Origin: Candidatus Latescibacterota bacterium
Lineage (GTDB): Bacteria; Latescibacterota; UBA2968; GCA-2709665
Length of the DNA stretch: 64,000 nucleotides
Direction of reading: 5' to 3'
Assembly: GCA_965203805.1 (NCBI GenBank)
Contig: OZ241917.1
Span: 1,632,001-1,696,000 of the forward strand
The translations under genes were made by a program, and so were the position numbers. Position 1 is the stretch's first letter. Each line of letters begins with the position of its first letter. Below the pieces are notes generated by a model. That model made no database searches and was not told where the DNA came from. It worked only from the letters and a program-made list of their open reading frames with translations. Shown one piece after another: positions 9,366 to 19,896 of the stretch.

Positions 9366-10334
9366 ATGCCGCAGCTACTTCCGTCCGACCCATCGCTGGA
9401 TCACCTCAGAGGACAGGCGAAAGAACTACAGAGGGCCTGTCATTCTGGCCAGCCTGATGCACTTGACCGTGTCTGTTCTTCACATCCCGCATATCTGAAT
9501 TCCGAGCAGTCAGATCAGCAACTGAGAAGTCTCTCGCTTCGGGACGCACAGTTGGTTATAGCCCGTGAGTACTTCTTCGACGACTGGTCCCGCATGAAGG
9601 AATACATCGATTGGGATTTACCGGTCCGCAGGCAGGAGATCGCGACAATTGCGTCACGGCTCCGTGAAAAACCAACCCGTGCAAAGCAGAGCGTAATGCA
9701 GTTCAGGCGAAACGGCACGACTTGGTCCAAGGCACCGATCCACTTTGCCAATAACAGCATCCCCATGTTGGAGCTATTACTAAAGCATGGTGCCGAACTG
9801 GACCCAACAGGGCATTCTGTCTTAGGGCCTGACAGCAGCCCTGAGTTTATTGACTATGCTCTCAGCAAAGGCGTGGATCTTGAGAATGAATACTACAATG
9901 GGAACGTGCTGGGACTTGCGGTCTACTTCGGGAATGCTGATACAGTTCGCCACTATCTCCTTCGGGGCGGAAATATGACCTCCAGAAACCAGGACGACGG
10001 GGCGGGGATGGCACTTCTCCATAACGCTGCATTCTGCTATTATCAAGAGGAGCGCTGGGAATCATACACTGAAATCGTCCGTCATCTTATTGAAGCTGGC
10101 GCAGACGTGAACGCCAGAACAAACGTGGATGAACCCTCTGAGGCTGGACGCCACATGATTGTCCAGGGCGAGGTCCCACTGCACTTCGCAGCCGCCTACG
10201 GTCAAGCAGAGATGATCGAGGTACTGCTCCAGGCAGGTGCAAACAAAGAAGCGAAAACTGCCCAGGGAGAGACGCCGCTGGACTATGCAATAAGGGAGGG
10301 ACGTCCGGAGTCAATTCTTGGACTCCTTAAGTGA
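9366..10334 (+). CDS. Ankyrin repeat protein
   Basis: LDHLRGQAKEL..DAQLVIAREY N-terminus; GEVPLHFAA, GETPLDYA. Confidence 0.85.
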   Translation: MPQLLPSDPSLDHLRGQAKELQRACHSGQPDALDRVCSSHPAYLNSEQSDQQLRSLSLRDAQLVIAREYFFDDWSRMKEYIDWDLPVRRQEIATIASRLREKPTRAKQSVMQFRRNGTTWSKAPIHFANNSIPMLELLLKHGAELDPTGHSVLGPDSSPEFIDYALSKGVDLENEYYNGNVLGLAVYFGNADTVRHYLLRGGNMTSRNQDDGAGMALLHNAAFCYYQEERWESYTEIVRHLIEAGADVNARTNVDEPSEAGRHMIVQGEVPLHFAAAYGQAEMIEVLLQAGANKEAKTAQGETPLDYAIREGRPESILGLLK

Positions 10335-10428
10335 GCCCCAAGCACTATAGGTAAAACATCATCGGATGTGTTTACGGGCGGCTCCAGGTCGGGGCCGCCA
10401 TTCGAGTTTTGGGTCTGGACGCGATTGC

Positions 10429-10521
10429 ACGTAACGATTATGATTCAAGAACCTGCCGGTGCTATTTCGGCAGGTTGTGAGTGGTTGGGTTCAGGTAGAG
10501 TGAGTGAATCTGGTGTTAAAT
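10429..10521 (-). repeat. attC-like site
   Basis: ACGTAAC..gattca..tgaatc..GTTAAAT; resembles 53128. Confidence 0.6.
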
Positions 10522-10608
10522 GCTGGTGGCCCCTATCACGGCGAAGCCTCAAAGGGCATCCATAGCGGGTACAACGTCACCTATCGCCTTTCTGTTTATG
10601 TACGTCGC

Positions 10609-11376
10609 TCAATCCAACAGCGAGAAGACTTCATCAAGGGATCGCAAAGTCGGCCTGTAGCTGTTTGAAGATGTTTCAGTGGCTCGTAGCAACAACGCTG
10701 CGTCGAGTCCCGCCGCCCGCGCACCCAAGATATCCGATTCGTAATTGTCACCGATGTGCAGCACCCGATCTCGATTGACGGCGACCCGCTCAACCGCGTC
10801 ATCGAAGATCGCAGCCGCAGGTTTGGCGTACCCTTGCCGCAGGGAGTACACGAGAGTATTGAAGTACTGGATGAGGTTCAGATGGTCGAGTGTCAGCTCG
10901 AGTGTTGGCGGCCAGTTTGATACTACGGCGAGCTTCATTCCGTTCGCCCGGAGCGTGGTAAGTACGGACGCAACCTCTGGATATGGCGCCCAGATGTGGT
11001 AGAGCCAGACGTTCCACATGATCCGGACCGCGGCCTCAGTGTCACCCCTAAAGCCAGCGGCAGTGAGCGTCTGTCGATATATCCCCGACCACTCCGCTTG
11101 ATGGACCGCTAACGACTCTGGTTCGGCCGAAGGCGCTCGCCTTTCCCCAAGTACGTCCTCGAACGCTGCCGACAATGCATCTGCGGATGGTCCGCCAAAT
11201 CCCGATAGAGCATTAGCCCAACCAACCTCGCTTGGCTCGACGTACTCCAGCAGAGTGTGTCCTGCATCGAAGAATAGAGCGTCATATCGCGCGTTCACTA
11301 TCTCTTGGCAGCCAGGCTTCAGGGCGTGTGCCAAAGGGTCTCTGCGCGTCGCGTACTGCAGAAAATTCGCTGTCAT
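10609..11376 (-). CDS. HAD-IA family hydrolase
   Basis: FFDAGHTL, VVSNW, KP, HIGDNYESDILGA. Confidence 0.85.
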   Translation of the reverse strand: MTANFLQYATRRDPLAHALKPGCQEIVNARYDALFFDAGHTLLEYVEPSEVGWANALSGFGGPSADALSAAFEDVLGERRAPSAEPESLAVHQAEWSGIYRQTLTAAGFRGDTEAAVRIMWNVWLYHIWAPYPEVASVLTTLRANGMKLAVVSNWPPTLELTLDHLNLIQYFNTLVYSLRQGYAKPAAAIFDDAVERVAVNRDRVLHIGDNYESDILGARAAGLDAALLLRATETSSNSYRPTLRSLDEVFSLLD

Positions 11377-11436
11377 ATTAACTCATTGAGCTTCCTTGTT
11401 TGGGCGACGGAGACAAGCAGGAATTTGGCAAGGCCA

Positions 11437-13494
11437 TCAATTCTGCTGATACGCAACCAGGCGTTGTTTCGCCGCTTCCATAAACTGCCCCACCCGCCAG
11501 ACGGCCTCGCCGATCTGGGTGAAGGTGTAGATGCCATTCTCACGTCGCATCAGGGCATGTCGTCCTTCCATCACCATCTGTCGCCGTGTTGTCGAGTAAT
11601 CTCCACACGCACTCGCGACAATCTTCGTCAGTTCCTCCTCTCTGTATTGCCTTATCTCCGGGAGGGCTCGGACTGCACCAATGGGATCAATGTGTTTCTT
11701 CGGCTGTGAATCTCCACGGATACGTCGGATGCGCTGCTCCTCAAGCTCCGTTCGCTGTCGTGGTCCGGTTCCCTCGTAGAGGACTCTTGCTGCTATCCTG
11801 ATGGTCTGGGAATCCCCGGTTTCAGTAATTTTCCGCAGACACACGTTCCGTTCAGCCTTTGAGGCCACTTTGCCGTAGGCTTTGATCGCGGCTTCTCGAA
11901 CCGCCGAGTCTTCGTCCGTTTCCAAGCGGTGGAGAATCTCGTCCTTGGCGGACGTGACCTCCAACTGCCCCAAAGCATTCAGGACCGCTGTTCTGACCCG
12001 GGCATCCGGGTCATTCACGTGAGTGATTATATCTGGAATCGCGTCTTCGCCCACTATGGATGCCAGCGCCCCGGCGGCACCGGCTCGAGGTCCAGGCCCA
12101 CCGGACTCCAACCGTTGATGTAGCAACGGCACAATGACCGAAAGGCGAAACCGAATGCACACGCCTCTGGCCTTACTCGCGATCTCCGGGTCGCGGGAAT
12201 CCATTAGATCGAGAAGAACGGGGTGCAATCTTTCCGGCAGGACCATGGCCTCCCCGAAAACAGACTGCGCCGGATGATACGGGACGAGACTCATCTCCCT
12301 GAGCAGGCGACCCACTCGATCGCTGTTACCGGACCTGACTTCATCGATCAGCGCATCGCTCAACGGTTCCACCAGATGGGCAATCGCCTTTCTGACCCCG
12401 CACTCGACCAAATCATCCTCATCAAGCTGCCACAGTGCCTCCCACAATACCGGGAAGGCCTCATCAGGATATCCGAGGAGCACCCGTGTGAGTTCCCAGA
12501 TCACGTGATGACCTCCCCCGCTTGCTGGATTCGAATCCTTCACCGCCTGAATGAGACGAACCAGGACAAGGACTTTCCTGTCGGTGGCTGCCGACGACGC
12601 GATCAGAGTATCGAGGAAGAGATTTGCGCCGCGAAGTCCATACCAGGGCCGCACGATCCAGTACTCAGCCATCCTGGTAGCGCGATCGATCAGCATCTCA
12701 TCGTCCGACAGGGTGCACGACGCCATCACGGGCATCGCCGCGTGCATCGAGAGCCTGGCCACGCCCGCGAGGTGGACCAGGTGTTGGTTCGAGTCGGCCA
12801 CCCGCAGAAGATCGACCAGGCTTGGGGGATGGGTTTCGAGCACTTGCCGCAGCCGGACCATCGGTTCACTGTGCTCATTGACCCTTTCGATACCGTCCAC
12901 GGCGTCAGATTCAGCCTTCAAGCCTTCCAACAGCTCGATCTCCATGCGGAATCGCCGTTCCAGTCCTGGTTGTTTTTCCATCGTGTTCTCCACGGGCGTC
13001 TCAACGATGTCTTTCAACGCGTTCCGCGCCCGGTGCATGCGGCTCATTACCGTCCCAATCGGAACTCCAATCTCGTCGGCCATCTCTTGATATGAAAGGC
13101 CAACCCGATAGTGTAGATCGAGAGCGCGTCGATGTGCAGCGCTCAGCAGATCCATTCCCAACATCATACGGTCCTCCTGAACCTCCTCTGCCTCAGGAAC
13201 AGGTGGATCGAAGGGAAGCGGCACAGTTTCCATTTTCGGTGCACGATACCAGGACCGGCAGAGATTGAGTGCAATACATCGTAGCCACGACCCAAATGAC
13301 TCAGGGGTGTGCAGCTGATAGAGCTTCAAATACGCCTCAACAAACGTCTCGAGAACGAGGTCCTCAGTGTCATCCGGATCCTTTGCAAACCTGCGACAGA
13401 TGAATCGCACCTCACTTTCGTGCGCTCTCATAAGGGCCGTGAAGGCTTCGTGGTCCCCGGTTTTTGCATGTGCAATGAGTTCAATCGTTGACAT
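11437..13494 (-). CDS. ECF sigma-70 factor fused to HEAT repeats and a DUF2087-like C-terminus
   Basis: EDLVLETFVEAY, SYQEMADEIGVPIGTVMSRMHRAR; HEAT DPDARVRTAVLNALG; DYSTTRRQMV. Confidence 0.75.
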   Translation of the reverse strand: MSTIELIAHAKTGDHEAFTALMRAHESEVRFICRRFAKDPDDTEDLVLETFVEAYLKLYQLHTPESFGSWLRCIALNLCRSWYRAPKMETVPLPFDPPVPEAEEVQEDRMMLGMDLLSAAHRRALDLHYRVGLSYQEMADEIGVPIGTVMSRMHRARNALKDIVETPVENTMEKQPGLERRFRMEIELLEGLKAESDAVDGIERVNEHSEPMVRLRQVLETHPPSLVDLLRVADSNQHLVHLAGVARLSMHAAMPVMASCTLSDDEMLIDRATRMAEYWIVRPWYGLRGANLFLDTLIASSAATDRKVLVLVRLIQAVKDSNPASGGGHHVIWELTRVLLGYPDEAFPVLWEALWQLDEDDLVECGVRKAIAHLVEPLSDALIDEVRSGNSDRVGRLLREMSLVPYHPAQSVFGEAMVLPERLHPVLLDLMDSRDPEIASKARGVCIRFRLSVIVPLLHQRLESGGPGPRAGAAGALASIVGEDAIPDIITHVNDPDARVRTAVLNALGQLEVTSAKDEILHRLETDEDSAVREAAIKAYGKVASKAERNVCLRKITETGDSQTIRIAARVLYEGTGPRQRTELEEQRIRRIRGDSQPKKHIDPIGAVRALPEIRQYREEELTKIVASACGDYSTTRRQMVMEGRHALMRRENGIYTFTQIGEAVWRVGQFMEAAKQRLVAYQQN

Positions 13495-13648
13495 TCTGCC
13501 CTATAGACCCAAAATCAGAGCGATTATTCCATTAGAACTGATTTTTTTTCAAATTCTACTGCGATAATTCCGACTTCAAGTGTTGTATGCTTCTGTGCGT
13601 TATTTTTCGGGGTGGTGTTCTCGGGTTTTCGTTTTTGATACCAGATTT

Positions 13649-13732
13649 GCATAACGTCTCGCGCATCCCCGAAGCCGCGAAGCGGTTTGGGGGATGTGGG
13701 GTTGGGAGGTGTCTGGGGATGCACTGTCAGGT
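13649..13732 (-). repeat. attC-like site (degenerate)
   Basis: GCATAAC..gcatcccc..ggggatgc..GTCAGGT. Confidence 0.6.
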
Positions 13733-13821
13733 GATGCTGGCGCGCTCCTCTAAGTCCAGGAGAATTAGGTGCGGTAACAGAGCGGGCGCATTCAGTGTCC
13801 TGGTGTTCGCCTTGTTTTCAG

Positions 13822-14446
13822 TCACACATCCTCAGTTCCATAAGGCGCTCGCTGAGCGAGTTTCCGCCATTCCTCCAACTGATCGACTAATCCTGGCGTG
13901 CTCTGATCTCCATAGGTAAGCTGGTTCAAGAACGCTGCAACATCGGACATTTTGCCACCAATCAGATTAGCTGTGCCTGGACCACCCAACGATCCTTCTA
14001 ATTCGTCATGGTAAATATGTAGCAAAGTATCAATTAGGATCATCTTTTGCTGATATGATTGAGCTTCTGTAAACCCTTCAAGAAACTCACGAAACTGCAC
14101 TTCAAGCCTGTAAGATCCGAGACGTTTCTTACGATAGGTACTGTGATACTCAGGCCAAGATAATTGCCACTCACAAGTGTGACATTGGAGTATTTCGATT
14201 GGATCCTTTCGGCGGCGAGGCTTCAGGTCGCGATGGATGATACTTCCGCAAATGGGACACGTGACTTCACCACGCATCGCCCCTGTCGCTACAAGGCAAC
14301 TCTCGACTCTCGCAAACAAGGCAACACCAACATCATCTGCGAGTTCCTCGTCTCCTATCCCTTTTGCATCCTTCGCATATAATTGAGCGATACGATGACG
14401 CGATACACGAGGTGCCCATTGAGGTAAAACCGAGGATTGTGTTCAT
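13822..14446 (-). CDS. Hypothetical Zn-ribbon protein, probably frameshifted near its start
   Basis: CPIC..CHTC; frame extends upstream (QWAPRVSR) but is one base off from the ATG at ~14446. Confidence 0.5.
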
Positions 14447-14518
14447 GTGTCTTTCTTCCATTTTTGCCCGCTATATGGAGCTCTGGGGGAAATTGGGTTC
14501 CTTCTTTGCGCCAGTGTC

Positions 14519-14667
14519 ACCTAACGGTTCAGCATTTCAGACGCTTGCTGTCCCGAAGGGTTGGCGCGACGGTTGCCCTTCGCGTCTTCCAACAAGCAAC
14601 CGGCGTGACAGAGGCAAGGTTGCCGAAGGGAGCGAGCGCGACCGGAGCGCAAGGCCGCGTGTTACAC
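14519..14667 (-). repeat. attC-like site (long type)
   Basis: ACCTAAC...GTTACAC. Confidence 0.7.
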
Positions 14668-14825
14668 GCTTGCGGCGCGCCCCTTCCACGGCGAAGCCCT
14701 CAACGGGGCTCAAATAACGTGGACACCATAAACAGATGGCTTCCTGCTTTTTCGTATTGTTTCTAATGAAAACCAGGTGCCCGTCAATAACACCCAGGAG
14801 AGAAACAGGGTCTGAACTTCGCCCG

Positions 14826-15320
14826 TTAGATGGGGTTCGCCTTGATGAGTCGGAAAAGGTCACCTTTACTGGGACGTTCGGATGTCAAAATCAGCATCAA
14901 CTTTGCCAGCAGGTCAGCCCGGTCGAAACGTTTGAATTCCGGGTACAGCCCGATACGCCAATGGAGATAAGCTTCAAGCTCGTTCACATCAGGGAAGATC
15001 TGTTTGGCCGCAAGGAATTCTGCTTGCAGGGCACGACGATGTGCGTAGGCATGCGAGCGTGAGGCCAGCTTATGTTGTATTTCCACCTGCTCGTGCAGTA
15101 CGAATAAGTGCGCGTACTGCTCATCGAATTCGATTAGATCCGCTGGGATGTAAATCGTTCCTGTTTCGTCGTAGAAAACGAGATCGGGTGTATCGCCTCT
15201 ATGGCGAAACACCGTATAGGAGAGGGCAAGGTCTGCCACGACTGCCTGCTCGGTGCGAATGACGTTTTGCTTAATCGCGTCGAGCAACTCAGTAGCTTCC
15301 GGGTGTGGCAATCGGAGCAT
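14826..15320 (-). CDS. Hypothetical cassette protein (copy 1), HExxE motif
   Basis: 164 aa, near-identical to 52540..53034; LHEQVE..HAYAH. Confidence 0.7.
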   Translation of the reverse strand: MLRLPHPEATELLDAIKQNVIRTEQAVVADLALSYTVFRHRGDTPDLVFYDETGTIYIPADLIEFDEQYAHLFVLHEQVEIQHKLASRSHAYAHRRALQAEFLAAKQIFPDVNELEAYLHWRIGLYPEFKRFDRADLLAKLMLILTSERPSKGDLFRLIKANPI

Positions 15321-15417
15321 ACGTAATGTCTCTTCGGTGGGATGTGTTCTGAGTTTTTGCTCTTGTGCACGATTTGCATGGGTGGCCTGATTAGGGCGAT
15401 CCGTGACAGCCGCTTTC

Positions 15418-15502
15418 GCGTAACGTTCCCGCCACTTGCGAAACGCCGAGCGAAACGAGGTGGTTGCCGTCAGGCCAACGAGCGCAAGTGGACGTGTTAG
15501 CG
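15418..15502 (-). repeat. attC-like site
   Basis: GCGTAAC..ccacttgcg..cgcaagtgg..GTTAGCG. Confidence 0.8.
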
Positions 15503-15541
15503 GCCTGTCCGGTCGCCGGCAGGCTTAACCTTGATTCGTCA

Positions 15542-16332
15542 GTGCGCCGTGAAAAGGCGCGGATCTTCAGTGGGTGAAAGTCCCAACCCGACAAGGGTTG
15601 CTTCAGTCGGTAGCAATCGGAGCAGGGACGTAGGTAACGAAATCTCTGAAGCCTCCGGTGTAGAGGGTCGCAAGGCGACTCGGCGAGTATGCGGGCCGAA
15701 ACGTGAGTGAACGCTGAGCAGGCCTCGAAAAAGGTAATGCGGGAGCCGACCCGTCTGACGATCGGGGAAGGCCGCCGTCGCTGGAAAAAGACAGCAACGC
15801 GAGCATCCAGCGGTCCCGCCGGGGTAATGGCGGAGGCACGTATACAAGGAGATCCGACGCAACACCTGCCTGCGCCGAGTCCTGCTCGGCAGGCAGGCGG
15901 GAAGCCCCAGCGGTGGTGCAGGGACACCAACCGGACGCCCGTGAGGGACAGGCCGGGCCGCATGGGGTGGCGGACAGGCTCGTAGTACCCGTGAAGCCGG
16001 GTAACGCCGGTGGAGGGAAGGGGCCTGACTTCGGATGCGCTTGTGAAGGGGACAACGGTCGGGAGAGTGGCGCAAGCCTATAACCTCCTCCAAAAGTAGA
16101 CGAGGCGACTCCAGAACAAGCTTGGGTTTCAGGTGAAGCTGTCCGGGCAGCGCGGTCAGCGTGTGCCTGAAGGCGACGTCCGTCGGAGAGCCGGATGCGG
16201 GAAAACCGCACGTCCGGTTCGACGAGCGGGATGTGGAAACGGGGCACGGAGGGGCTATTGAGGCACCGCCAGACGAAAGGGGCGGAAACGGATAGGCCAC
16301 TCCTAAACTACCGCGCCACATCCCGACTCTAC
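15542..16332 (+). ncRNA. ORF-less group II intron (IIB-like)
   Basis: 5' GTGCG; domain V GAGCCGGATGCGGGAAAACCGCACGTCCGGTTC; long domain VI ending ACTCTAC; no RT ORF. Confidence 0.88.
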
Positions 16333-16580
16333 TTATTCCGGGACGTTAAATCGAATATACGCAAGTTGATAAAGGCGATTAAACATCTGATTTCCAGGAT
16401 GCTTCAGGTCACGGGACGTGGACGAAAAAAATGTGCTTCCGGACGACATTTTCGGCCCGGTGAGGAAATAACTGCAGGGTCACCGCGTTGCCACACACGC
16501 CGCTTTGCACGGATACATTTTGTGCCTTTTGTGCTTTCTGTGGCCGATTTTTCGGTTTTTTTCAAATTGAGGTTAAATCC

Positions 16581-17066
16581 CTATACACCGATCTCATCGT
16601 GTAGAATCTGATCAACGATGCAGCCAAGTTGCTGCACTTTCGCAAATTCGGCAGAGAGTTTCTCAATCAGGTCATCGTCGCCGAAGCGAACGTCTCGACT
16701 GAAGACCTTCATCGTACTGTTCGACACCTTGTATCCCTTCCATGTCTCAATCATACCGCGTGCTTCTTTCACAAAAGGCCGGCTGAAAGCAGCGCGCTTC
16801 AATCGAGTTCCCGGGAATGTGTCTTGATGAAGCACGTGCATGACAAGACGTGTCTTCTTCTGTTGCATTTCACGGTCAGTAATCCAGGTCTCGAAATGGA
16901 TACCCATTCCGTCTTGATTGAACCATAGGTCCCTGAACAGTTGAAGCCCTGATCCTCCACTTTTGGGAAACGTGTCGAGTCGCGTTTCCCACCCATCCGA
17001 AAACCAGTCTGCCGTACGCAAATTACCGTCCAGCCTCTCCATCAAGGACGAATAGTCACTCTCCAT
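16581..17066 (-). CDS. Hypothetical protein
   Basis: 161-aa ORF coupled to the upstream hydrolase. Confidence 0.6.
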   Translation of the reverse strand: MESDYSSLMERLDGNLRTADWFSDGWETRLDTFPKSGGSGLQLFRDLWFNQDGMGIHFETWITDREMQQKKTRLVMHVLHQDTFPGTRLKRAAFSRPFVKEARGMIETWKGYKVSNSTMKVFSRDVRFGDDDLIEKLSAEFAKVQQLGCIVDQILHDEIGV

Positions 17067-18174
17067 CGGCCTCTCCTCTGCTTTCTGAGGGGTGATCCAT
17101 CACTGCAGGCAAGACATGCCTCGTTAGGATGCGGAAGACCTGGTTGGCGACTGCGGATCCGTAATTTCCACCTGTGAAGACAATCACCATCTCAACATCG
17201 GGAATCACGAACAGGAACTGACCGCCATTTCCTTCGGCAACGAAGGTCTTGACAGGACGTCCGGCAACACTGAAGCGATCCAGCCACCAGCCAAACCCAT
17301 ATCGTTCGTTTCCAAACTGAGGGTTGACTGAATCTTCGATCCATTCCGCAGGCAGTACCTCAACTCCGTTCCACACCCCACGGTCCAGGTACAGTTGACC
17401 GATCTTGGCCAAATCACGGGGTCTGAGACGAAGTCCTGCATGTGTTTGCGGCAATCCTGTCTTTGTCCGCCACCAATCGCTCTGACGGATGCCCAGAGGT
17501 CCAAAGAGATATTCGTTGGCGAAAGCATCTGTGTGCAGGCCGGAAACCCTCTTGATAACCCCCGCAAGGAGAATTGCACATCCGCTATTGTAGTTGAATC
17601 GTGTTCCGGGTTCGTCAGACATGTCAGCTGACAGCACATATCCGATGAAGTCGTAACTGTTCTCCATCTGAGCTTCCGAGTTTGGAGAGCCAGGCTCAGA
17701 TTTATGCGCTCCCGATTGGTCCCACCTGAACCCGGAAGTCATCGTCAGCAGATGTCTCAAAGTGATCTGTTTTTTCTCTTCGGTTATGTGCGCGGAGTAA
17801 TCCGGGAAGAATTGATGCATTGGCACATCAACAGAATCGATAAAGCCCTTGTCAATGGCTATTCCAACGAGCGCGGACGTTACACTCTTTGAAACAGAGC
17901 GTGTGTCATGTAGCCGGTCCTTGTCGAATACGACCTGCCCCCTCCACCCATCGGTGCCCGCAAAGTACTCCTCCAGTACGAGAATGCCTCGCCGAGCAAT
18001 CAGAAAGCTGTGGAGATTCTTGTACTCCCCATCCCGGATCCTGGCCAGACACTCCGCTATCGCATCCGCATCCAGACCTTGCCCGGCCAGAGTACCAGTC
18101 CTCCAACCATCGGATGCATCAGCATGACCTGTGCTGCACAGCGTGAGGAACATTGACAAGAACAGTCGTATCAC
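17056..18174 (-). CDS. Serine hydrolase, beta-lactamase class C-like
   Basis: SVSK, LLTMTSG, PGTRFNYNS; signal peptide. Confidence 0.85.
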   Translation of the reverse strand: MIRLFLSMFLTLCSTGHADASDGWRTGTLAGQGLDADAIAECLARIRDGEYKNLHSFLIARRGILVLEEYFAGTDGWRGQVVFDKDRLHDTRSVSKSVTSALVGIAIDKGFIDSVDVPMHQFFPDYSAHITEEKKQITLRHLLTMTSGFRWDQSGAHKSEPGSPNSEAQMENSYDFIGYVLSADMSDEPGTRFNYNSGCAILLAGVIKRVSGLHTDAFANEYLFGPLGIRQSDWWRTKTGLPQTHAGLRLRPRDLAKIGQLYLDRGVWNGVEVLPAEWIEDSVNPQFGNERYGFGWWLDRFSVAGRPVKTFVAEGNGGQFLFVIPDVEMVIVFTGGNYGSAVANQVFRILTRHVLPAVMDHPSESRGEADGE

Positions 18175-18477
18175 CGATCTGCCTCCTGTCCTTTCATGAC
18201 TGCGGGTTGCGACCGCCTGGCCACTAACGTTGAGCATTGCAGAAGCGGCCGCGCAACAGTCTAATGTATGAGGGTAAGCTGAGCAACTTCGAGCGAAGCT
18301 CAGTAGGTCTGGAGGGAGCGGATGCTGGACGATTCAAAGTAAACATGCCATTACAAACGCAGACCATCCCTACGCTACTGATCAACGCGGGCTTTGAATC
18401 CGTCGAATGGACCCATGGAGAGGCCTGGGTTGTGACGGGAAAGAAGCCATAGCATATCCTCCCGGAACTACATTGAT

Positions 18478-19429
18478 CTAACCCGGAAACTCAGTCCTCA
18501 ACAGCGGTTGAACACGATACTTCCATTGGCTCTCAATCAAGGAATGGTCTGGTGATTTTGCGGCTGCTTCCAGGATATTCGTAGCTGCCCGACTGGCCAA
18601 GAGGGCAGGTATGTACTCTTCCAAATCCATGCTGAGTGAACGAACTTCACGATACCCCTTCAATAACGCATCAGACCTCTCCTGGAAACCAGGACGACCG
18701 TAAGGGCCGGCGAGGACCACAGCGACGTCATACAAGTAGTAGCCGAATCCGCAGTCGCCGAAATCAATCGCGATGGCGTGACCCGGTCGAAAGAGGACAT
18801 TTCCGAAACTGAGGTCTGCGTGAATGAGGCCGAACATCTCTGTGTCGCAGCCCATCTGTTGTTCCGCTTCTGTCAGCCGACCATAGACCGTTTCCAGATC
18901 GCGTCGAACAGGAGCCGGTCCGATCTCATCTAAAGGAAACTTCGAACGGGAACCAAAAAGACCCTCAGCGTCATACGTGGGGCGATCAAAACCCGTGGGT
19001 GGCGACCACGCTTCAGAGTGATTGTGCAACTCACCCGCAACGCGGCCAAGCAATTCGAAGTGCCGAGGCGATCGATGGTCCTGATCCAGGATACGTCCGT
19101 TGAGCCAGGAAGTGACGGATACCGGAAATGGTCCGGGTACGCCTGGAACATCTGCCACGATAACTCTTTTGCCGTCAGGCGATCTATAGGGCTGTGGAAC
19201 GGAGAGCGTGGCAGAGAGCCTCCAGCCAATCCAATTCCGATTCAATGATCCGGGGCGCCTTCCTGTCACGGTGAATCCGCACTCGATACTCGCCTGAATC
19301 GCAGGTCCACTTCGACTTGCGACAACGGCATTTTCCCAAACCCAGTTCGCGGAGCGCGGCCTCTGCCACCTTGCGTAACCGACGGATTCGCCCCTGGTGA
19401 GTTAGCTCGTCGAAGCTCCGTTTGGCCAT
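18478..19429 (-). pseudogene. APH/homoserine kinase type II-like phosphotransferase, frameshifted
   Basis: Split ORFs 19184..19441 and 18478..19269; IHADLSFGNV, IDFGD. Confidence 0.7.
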
Positions 19430-19496
19430 TCCGACCTCCACAAAAGCACCGTCACCATCGGTGGAGTACCGCCTCTCTCTTGTGCCGCAGGACCCA

Positions 19497-19636
19497 GTGT
19501 TCTGTCCCGGAAATAAGTCGCCTGAATTCGACCGTCGAGTCGCCCGGCTCTATGGGCGGGTTGCCGTCAGGCCAAGGAGCCCTTCGACAAGCTCAGGATA
19601 AACTCCGCGACGCAGTGCGAGTGGACGTGTTAAATG
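19497..19636. repeat. MITE end fused to half of an attC-like site
   Basis: gtgttctgtcccggaaataag (MITE TIR), then cgggttgccgtcaggccaaggag...gtggacgtGTTAAAT. Confidence 0.65.
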
Positions 19637-19682
19637 CTGGCAGCGGCCCTCTCTTCGCGAAGCACTATTGGGGCGGAGTTAA

Positions 19683-19842
19683 CAGCCCGTTGGAAAAGTC
19701 CATCCGGGCTACGTCCGGCCCTTGTGGCCGAAATACGGCGTTGCGCTCCCTCCCCGAATCCAGGGATTCGCGTCGGTCGCGCGCCTTGTCTTCGGCCACA
19801 ATGACTCGGCCTCGCCTGCAGAGCGACTTTTTCAACGGACTG
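19683..19842. mobile_element. MITE (160 bp) with TTAA flanks, IS5/IS1182-like ends
   Basis: CAGCCCGTTGGAAAAGTC ... GACTTTTTCAACGGACTG, TTAA on both sides. Confidence 0.75.
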
Positions 19843-19896
19843 TTAATGCGCACACCAGAACCCCGGTTTGTGTCATGTGAATCCTATGTCGGCCTC

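Noticed and set aside
15391-16321. ORFs of 190-260 aa over the intron
   Set aside because: Antisense shadows of structured intron RNA
15542-16332. Class IIC-attC intron
   Set aside because: AGC triad with full-length domain V, and insertion not within the attC core
17056-18174. Bona fide antibiotic-resistance genes (beta-lactamase, APH)
   Set aside because: Only superfamily motifs are visible; substrate cannot be inferred
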